Virus record (IMG/VR): IMGVR_UViG_3300020056_000011
Source: an uncultured virus (IMG/VR IMGVR_UViG_3300020056_000011)
Lineage: Duplodnaviria > Heunggongvirae > Uroviricota > Caudoviricetes
Strand: one strand, 5' to 3'
Length of the DNA stretch: 64,000 nt
Part shown: positions 58,848 to 64,000 of the stretch, piece after piece
How positions within the stretch are numbered: position 1 is the stretch's first letter
Layout of the letters: every line of letters starts with the position of its first letter
The notes under the pieces: model-generated
Databases searched by the model: none
Told to the model about the DNA's origin: nothing
The model's input: only the letters and a program-made list of their open reading frames with translations
Made by a program: the position numbers and the translations under genes

Positions 58848-59583
58848 ACAAAAAGCGAGAAAGATTAGAATTATTTTCAATTCTTTCTTTGGCGATGTTG
58901 AAATAATTTTCGTCCATTTCAATCCCAATAAACCCACGACAAAGGTTTTGCGCAGCAACACCAGTTGTACCAGACCCCATAGTATTATCTAAAACAACAT
59001 CTCCTTCATTTGTATAAGTCTTGATCAGATATTCCATAAGACCAACTGGCTTTTGAGTTGGATGAAATCCTTTCTCTTGTTTATGTTTGATGATTGTTTT
59101 GGGATATCGTGATCCATCTGGATTATCACGATGCTTTGATTTTGCATTACCATAAACCTCACCAATCGTTGCAGTATCACTCTTATAACCAGAATATGGA
59201 GTGCTATACCACATTTGTGGATTATATGTAGGCTTCTCTCTGTAGAATACAAGAATATTCTCATGCGATTTAAGAGGCATAATCTTTGCATTCATAGGAT
59301 TAGTACCCTGAGGCTTCTCCCATATCCATTCATAACGAAGATTCTTAATATTAGAGGCAGCAAGAATCGTAGTAAAAGGCTGTGCTGCTGTAAACACCAT
59401 GGCAGCATTCTTCTTACAAATACGATTGTATTGCTCCCACAGCACATCAAGTGGTATGATTGAATCCCATTTACATGCTGTGGTGCCATATGGTAGATCG
59501 GCCATAATCATGTCAACACTATTGTCTTCAATAGTCTTCATGATTTCCAAACAATCACCATTATATAAGTCTAGTTTTACCAT
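58843..59583 (-). CDS. Beta-class N4/N6 DNA methyltransferase
   Basis: ADLPYG motif IV, HPTQKP, DNTMGSGTTG motif I. Confidence 0.93.
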   Translation of the reverse strand: MVKLDLYNGDCLEIMKTIEDNSVDMIMADLPYGTTACKWDSIIPLDVLWEQYNRICKKNAAMVFTAAQPFTTILAASNIKNLRYEWIWEKPQGTNPMNAKIMPLKSHENILVFYREKPTYNPQMWYSTPYSGYKSDTATIGEVYGNAKSKHRDNPDGSRYPKTIIKHKQEKGFHPTQKPVGLMEYLIKTYTNEGDVVLDNTMGSGTTGVAAQNLCRGFIGIEMDENYFNIAKERIENNSNLSRFLS

Positions 59584-60137
59584 TCGCTAAGAGACTTCAT
59601 ATATCCAGAGTTCATTAGTTTTACGATTTTACCAGATGCAATCATATAATCATCATTGTCACCGCTCTTGCCACCTTGTTGATGAGAGAAATATTCACTA
59701 GTATCAAGTGCCTGCTTGAATTCTTTCTTCGTCATATACATGGCGCGAACTTTGTTGGGATCACCGTTAATCGCAAGGAAGATCAATCGTTCCCAGTCTT
59801 TACCGACAGCAACATGATTCATAGTAAAACAATCTTCTTTTAGAATTCTTTTTTTGTTGTTGGTGTGTGCAAGAGAAAATTTAATCTCAGTGCGAATTCC
59901 GTTTATAACTCTATCGTGACCAGCCGTAGAAGTTTCAGCAAATTCCACATCATATCCACAAGCCTCAAAAAGAAGGCTGACATATATTTCGCCCAGCGCC
60001 CCTTTTTGTTTACTATCCATATAGCGATATCCCTCAAATGGAGTACCTATCCAAGGATCATAAAGATTTTCTTGAATGTAGTTTTGAATTACGGCTGAGT
60101 TTGCCACATTGTATATTTGTTCAGATGTTAGTTGCAT
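59577..60137 (-). CDS. PD-(D/E)XK nuclease, putative restriction endonuclease
   Basis: KGALGE...GHD...EIKFS; overlaps MTase start; start MQL at 60137, downstream of the promoter. Confidence 0.65.
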   Translation of the reverse strand: MQLTSEQIYNVANSAVIQNYIQENLYDPWIGTPFEGYRYMDSKQKGALGEIYVSLLFEACGYDVEFAETSTAGHDRVINGIRTEIKFSLAHTNNKKRILKEDCFTMNHVAVGKDWERLIFLAINGDPNKVRAMYMTKKEFKQALDTSEYFSHQQGGKSGDNDDYMIASGKIVKLMNSGYMKSLSEW

Positions 60138-60164
60138 GGGATCATCTCTTTTTGTTAGGGGTAT

Positions 60165-60197
60165 AATATAACCGATTCGGTTTGAATTGTCAAGGGC
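60165..60197 (-). promoter_or_regulatory. Early promoter with GANTC; repeat copy 2
   Basis: GCCC-TTGACA-17-TATTAT; CGATTCG 60173-60179. Confidence 0.85.
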
Positions 60198-60438
60198 CAA
60201 TTGCGTTATAATAGCCCTCCGCTTTTACATTCATGGTCCCATCACCATTGTCGTATGTTTGATAAAGTTCGGAACCTGTGAAAAACGCACATGCTTCACA
60301 CATCACATTCCAATCAGAAATATGAATGGTAGAACTGATTGGCATTTTCCAGTTATCCATTCCTTCTGTAAGTTTGTCAAACGCAACAGTGAGTTGCGCT
60401 TTTGTATAGCCTAGAGAACTTACAATCATATCTTCCAT
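60190..60438 (-). CDS. Hypothetical early protein
   Basis: AGGAG RBS; NWKMPI...ACAFFTG...AEGYY. Confidence 0.75.
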   Translation of the reverse strand: MEDMIVSSLGYTKAQLTVAFDKLTEGMDNWKMPISSTIHISDWNVMCEACAFFTGSELYQTYDNGDGTMNVKAEGYYNAIGP

Positions 60439-60446
60439 AGTAACTC

Positions 60447-60785
60447 CTATATCAAGTAGTTAGGTCCAGTCCACCGAATATCATAATCTTCAAAGACATT
60501 TCCACGCGCCGCATTTCGAGCAGGAGCGTTCCAACCAGCAGCTTTCAAGATATCACCCATGCGGAATTTTTTGTCATTTTCAGTGTTGACAACAAATCCC
60601 CAGACACCACCGTTTGAGATAATTTTGATATATTTACTACCAACTGTCCATGACAATCCGTTGTTGAATTCTTCAATCATATCTAGATTGATATGAGTCA
60701 ACTCTTTAGTACCATTACGACTTGTCCAGTTGTAATAGTCAGTTTTGATGTTTTCAAGAAGATTTTCAAGGGCGGTATTCATCAT
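60447..60785 (-). CDS. Hypothetical early phage protein
   Basis: KYIKI...VWGFV...GDILKAAGWNAPARNAARGNV...WTGPNYL, a pattern familiar from T4-like phages. Confidence 0.8.
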   Translation of the reverse strand: MMNTALENLLENIKTDYYNWTSRNGTKELTHINLDMIEEFNNGLSWTVGSKYIKIISNGGVWGFVVNTENDKKFRMGDILKAAGWNAPARNAARGNVFEDYDIRWTGPNYLI

Positions 60786-60818
60786 ATTGTTTCTCTCTTT
60801 TTCTTAACTTACATATAT

Positions 60819-60855
60819 AATATAAGTGATTCGGGCCCAAAAGTCAAGGGCCCGA
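60819..60855 (-). promoter_or_regulatory. Early promoter with GANTC and stem-loop around the -35 box
   Basis: TTGACT-17-TATATT; TGATTCG 60827-60833; TCGGGCCC/GGGCCCGA inverted repeat. Confidence 0.85.
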
Positions 60856-60871
60856 GCTAAGTTTTTTTCAA

Positions 60872-61366
60872 TTAATTTAGAGAATAAGAAACTCTCAATC
60901 TTACCGTATCTCCTACATTATATGCAATTCCTGTTTGTTGACGAATAGTGTTACCATGCACATTAATTACAACAATATAATGTGAAATAAAACTTTCTTC
61001 TTGACGCTGATACTCAGTTCTACATTGCGTTTCTCTGCGATATTGCACAACATTTCCATTCTGATTTTGACTTCCAATCAATCCACCAATAATTGCACCA
61101 GCATTTCTATTATCTTTTCTCTGATCCCCCTTACCAAATTGATGTCCAATAACACCACCAATAATAGCACCAGTGATAATATTATTTGAATTATTGCCAT
61201 TTCGATAAACAGGAACATCTACATCACTACAAATTCTTTTTGGAACATTATAAGAATTAGAACCATAGATTGTTTGTACATCAACAATCGTTCCTTCTGC
61301 ATAACTCTGAGCATATGCAGCTGTTGATAGGATTGACATTGTTAATATAGCGAATAATCTTTTCAT
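60872..61366 (-). CDS. Exported glycine-zipper (YcfJ/17 kDa antigen-like) protein
   Basis: Signal peptide MKRLF; GAIIGGVIGHQFG...GAIIGGLIG. Confidence 0.8.
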   Translation of the reverse strand: MKRLFAILTMSILSTAAYAQSYAEGTIVDVQTIYGSNSYNVPKRICSDVDVPVYRNGNNSNNIITGAIIGGVIGHQFGKGDQRKDNRNAGAIIGGLIGSQNQNGNVVQYRRETQCRTEYQRQEESFISHYIVVINVHGNTIRQQTGIAYNVGDTVRLRVSYSLN

Positions 61367-61398
61367 TTTTTCCTCTATTTCCGCCACGGAATCGTTGA

Positions 61399-61596
61399 TT
61401 ACACTCTAACACTTTCTGCAAACTCTGTGGCTTTAGTTTCATCGATAAAAAACTTTTTGGTTACAATTGAACGACCATCTCTTGACCATTTACTGTTCAC
61501 CTCAGTTACCTTTACTTCAAAACCATAACAATGGTTTTCAAAGACGATTGGTGTTACCTTTGAGTAACACTTGTAATTTTTGGATTTCTCTTTCAT
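61399..61596 (-). CDS. Hypothetical protein
   Basis: ATGA coupling to rnh. Confidence 0.65.
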   Translation of the reverse strand: MKEKSKNYKCYSKVTPIVFENHCYGFEVKVTEVNSKWSRDGRSIVTKKFFIDETKATEFAESVRV

Positions 61597-62495
61597 GCTG
61601 TCCTCATAACATCTTCTTCATGATAGGTTTTATATTTACTTTCTTTGAATCCGTCAATTTCTTCCATCAACATCATCATACGGTTCTTGATAAAATAATT
61701 GAATACCTTTTTCATATCTCCTTCTGGTTCATTTTCAAATTTTTCAAGTATTTTAGTTCTGATATCTTCTGGAACCAATGTAAGATCAACAAGTGCTTCG
61801 TTTCTCTTCCATCGTTTCAACATATTTGCATCACAGAAATCTTCTGGACAACGACTCATATCAAGCCAATCTCCTAAGTTTTTCTTTGTGATGGGTTTTT
61901 GTCTACGATTTTCTATAAAAACTTCATCATCACTCAAAAAGTTAGGTATTCCATCTGATTTATCACCACGAATAATATGTTCTCTTAAATATCTTTGAGG
62001 ATTTTTCTCTACGAGATATCTTTTTTGCATAGGACTATATTGAGAAACATTGGGATATTTTTGCAGTTGTTTGAAGTCTTTATCACTAGACATAATCAAG
62101 ATTTTCTCATAAGGAGCAAAAGCCTGAGTCAAGGTTGCAATAATATCATCCGCTTCAACACGGTCATGTTCAATGATTTTGTAAGGAAAGACTTCCTTGA
62201 GGTCTGTCTTTACTTCATTCATTGTGTTGAAGATAAGACTCCAATCAATACCAGAATCTTCTCTCTCTTTTTTGCGAGAGAATTTATAGTATGGATAAAT
62301 GTCCTTTCTCCAATAATTTTTGTTATCACAACAGATTACGATATTTCCATACTCTGCTGAAAACTTTTTCTTAATTCTTAGAATACTATTCAGTATCATG
62401 TGTCGAATCAAGCCATCATCAATATCTTCAGTATTGGGGCCTACCTGAGTCATGAGATTAGAAATGATAACTTGACTTAGATCTATCAAAATCAT
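61593..62495 (-). CDS. rnh: T4-like RNase H / 5'-3' exonuclease
   Basis: MILID, YWRKDIYPYYK, EADDIIA, SSDKDF.QL, GDKSDGIPN. Confidence 0.95.
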   Translation of the reverse strand: MILIDLSQVIISNLMTQVGPNTEDIDDGLIRHMILNSILRIKKKFSAEYGNIVICCDNKNYWRKDIYPYYKFSRKKEREDSGIDWSLIFNTMNEVKTDLKEVFPYKIIEHDRVEADDIIATLTQAFAPYEKILIMSSDKDFKQLQKYPNVSQYSPMQKRYLVEKNPQRYLREHIIRGDKSDGIPNFLSDDEVFIENRRQKPITKKNLGDWLDMSRCPEDFCDANMLKRWKRNEALVDLTLVPEDIRTKILEKFENEPEGDMKKVFNYFIKNRMMMLMEEIDGFKESKYKTYHEEDVMRTA

Positions 62496-62528
62496 AATTT
62501 TGTCTCTATTTTGTTTTACATACTATTA

Positions 62529-62558
62529 CTTATAACATATTTCATTCTAGTCTGTCAA
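62529..62558 (-). promoter_or_regulatory. Probable sigma70-type promoter
   Basis: TTGACA-18-TATAAG with TG extension. Confidence 0.55.
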
Positions 62559-63127
62559 GGAGTTTTTTGAAACCATTCTGGAATGTTCCGTTTACTCCAT
62601 ACCATATTGAACCTTTCTTGCTTTGTTTGGTAAAATAACTGATAAGACTTTACAGGATCATCTGGAAATTGACATTGAGGAGAATCTTTCATTGCAAGTT
62701 TGAATGGAGTGAGTCCATCTTCTGCAATGTTTATTGGAGGTGTGATCAAAACCTCTCGCAATAATTCATCGGTAGAATGTATTTTTCCATATCTGTATGT
62801 GTATTCGTCACATAGAGCCACCCAATGGTTGTAATGCCAGATATAATTTGCAAGAGACTCGGTGGTCCACTCTGTGCAGGGATGAGTGAAGTGTACAGCC
62901 TTGTAAAGAGTTTTCTCTAGGTTTGGGTTAGGATGAACCCAATAGTCGACCATGCGTTTTCCTGAGATAGATGGTCGTTTCTCATATTTACCATCCAACA
63001 TTCTATGCGCCGTAGAAAGCATTTGTGCCGATTCGACAATCATCTTTACTACATGTTTGTCGCATTGAAGTTGTGCGGCTACAGTTGGATTTTCATCTAG
63101 TACAAAAATGTTCATTGAATTTACCAT
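62555..63127 (-). CDS. Pyrimidine-dimer DNA glycosylase-like (DenV/Pyr_excise family)
   Basis: MNIFVLD...CDKHVVKMIVESAQMLSTAH, HPCTEW, EYTYRYGKIH. Confidence 0.8.
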   Translation of the reverse strand: MVNSMNIFVLDENPTVAAQLQCDKHVVKMIVESAQMLSTAHRMLDGKYEKRPSISGKRMVDYWVHPNPNLEKTLYKAVHFTHPCTEWTTESLANYIWHYNHWVALCDEYTYRYGKIHSTDELLREVLITPPINIAEDGLTPFKLAMKDSPQCQFPDDPVKSYQLFYQTKQERFNMVWSKRNIPEWFQKTP

Positions 63128-63143
63128 TTGTTAATACACATAT

Positions 63144-63176
63144 AATATAACAACTATGTGTTTATAAGTCAAGGGC
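63144..63176 (-). promoter_or_regulatory. Sigma70-type promoter
   Basis: GCCC-TTGACT-17-TATATT with TG extension. Confidence 0.8.
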
Positions 63177-63722
63177 TAATTTACAAATATAATAAGAATC
63201 TACAATATCTGAAACAGGGTTTCCTATTTTTTCTGATTTTATTTCTAAACTTTCGTTCAAATTTACATTAGTTTCTTCTAAAAATGATTCGTACATCATT
63301 TCTTTATTAGCATTACCTTTACCAGTGGCAAACTTCTTTATCACTGTCGGAGGCACTACATGATATTCTAGTTCTGAATTCCACAGTTTCCACTTCAAAA
63401 TTCCAGTGTTTTCGGCAATATGAAACACTTTTCCTTTCGATCCGTAACTATAGTCCTCTAAGACTATTTCTTCGATATTATGATGTATGAAAATGTCTAA
63501 GGCCCAGTCTGAGATAAAATCATATCTTTCCTCTGCTGTCTGCCAATTTTGAATTTGTTGCGAACCTTCAATATTTTTATATTGAAAATCTTCGTATTTT
63601 TTTGTATTTGAAAGAAAGAAGATTAAGCATTTTTCAAAACTAAAATCTTCTTTCTCTCCTGTATATATGCACACTGATGGGCAAGTTAAGCTGTAATCAA
63701 TACCACCTATTCTTCTAACCAC
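63162..63722 (-). CDS. RuvC-like Holliday junction resolvase
   Basis: GIDYS, VLEDY, PTVIKKFATGKGNANKE, DIVDSY; late promoter TATAAATA at 63757-63764. Confidence 0.8.
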   Translation of the reverse strand: MVRRIGGIDYSLTCPSVCIYTGEKEDFSFEKCLIFFLSNTKKYEDFQYKNIEGSQQIQNWQTAEERYDFISDWALDIFIHHNIEEIVLEDYSYGSKGKVFHIAENTGILKWKLWNSELEYHVVPPTVIKKFATGKGNANKEMMYESFLEETNVNLNESLEIKSEKIGNPVSDIVDSYYICKLALDL

Positions 63723-63871
63723 TCTTCATCCTCTTCCATGTCGAACTCTTTGATTATATTTATACAATCTTCAAGAGCCTCTCCACAGATGGGACAAAAC
63801 CTTACAACTTCTTCATTATGAGTTTCTACGGAAAATTCCGCTGCACATTCTGTACATCCAATATGCTCCAT
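63707..63871 (-). CDS. Small zinc-ribbon protein (54 aa)
   Basis: Hand translation CTEC...FCPICG; GGGAG RBS. Confidence 0.7.
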   Translation of the reverse strand: MEHIGCTECAAEFSVETHNEEVVRFCPICGEALEDCINIIKEFDMEEDEEWLEE

Positions 63872-63919
63872 TTACTACTCCCTTTTGAAATATTTTATTA
63901 TTTAGAATTATGTATTTTT

Positions 63920-64000
63920 TCAAAAGGTTATTTCACAGGCACCACCTTGACACGCAATCGCGCCCATAGTATCAATGTCTGTGAATTTTTTAGTTTCGAG
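63920..64000 (-). CDS. C-terminus of ribonucleotide reductase, probably class II (B12-dependent); partial
   Basis: Ends ...TMGAIACQGGACEITF*, the C-terminal redox Cys pair pattern. Confidence 0.6.
   Translation of the reverse strand, partial: LETKKFTDIDTMGAIACQGGACEITF

Noticed and set aside
1..64000. tRNA or rRNA genes; stop-codon reassignment
   Set aside because: No T-loop/cloverleaf seen in intergenic DNA by eye; long genes are intact in the standard code and all three stops are used

Overview
64 kb segment of a large, AT-rich T4-like (myovirus-type) bacteriophage genome, probably marine. An alphaproteobacterial host is inferred from GANTC/GcrA-type motifs in its early promoters and from a SbmA/BacA gene. 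1-17.5 kb and 58.2-64 kb are minus-strand early/middle regions with sigma70-type promoters. They carry small hypotheticals plus YkuK-like RNase H, an adenine MTase, SleB-like hydrolase, ClpP, SbmA/BacA, an ExbB/ExbD-like motor trio, lipase, GMP reductase, MazG-like, HAD nucleotidase, a restriction-modification-like pair, T4 RNase H, DenV-like glycosylase, RuvC-like resolvase and the C-terminus of a probable class II RNR. 17.6-58.2 kb is a plus-strand late block (TATAAATA promoters) of about 17 mosaic fibre/adhesin-type genes built from shared modules, interrupted by thyX and a few membrane genes. Best candidates for new biology: (i) an ~280-nt highly structured orphan ncRNA with its own promoter and terminator; (ii) a translationally coupled operon of a proton-motor pair, SbmA peptide transporter and ClpP; (iii) early promoters carrying a position-fixed CcrM/GcrA-type motif; (iv) a combinatorial anchor x Ig-adaptor x head adhesin library. 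All calls come from reading motifs by eye; no searches or folding were run.
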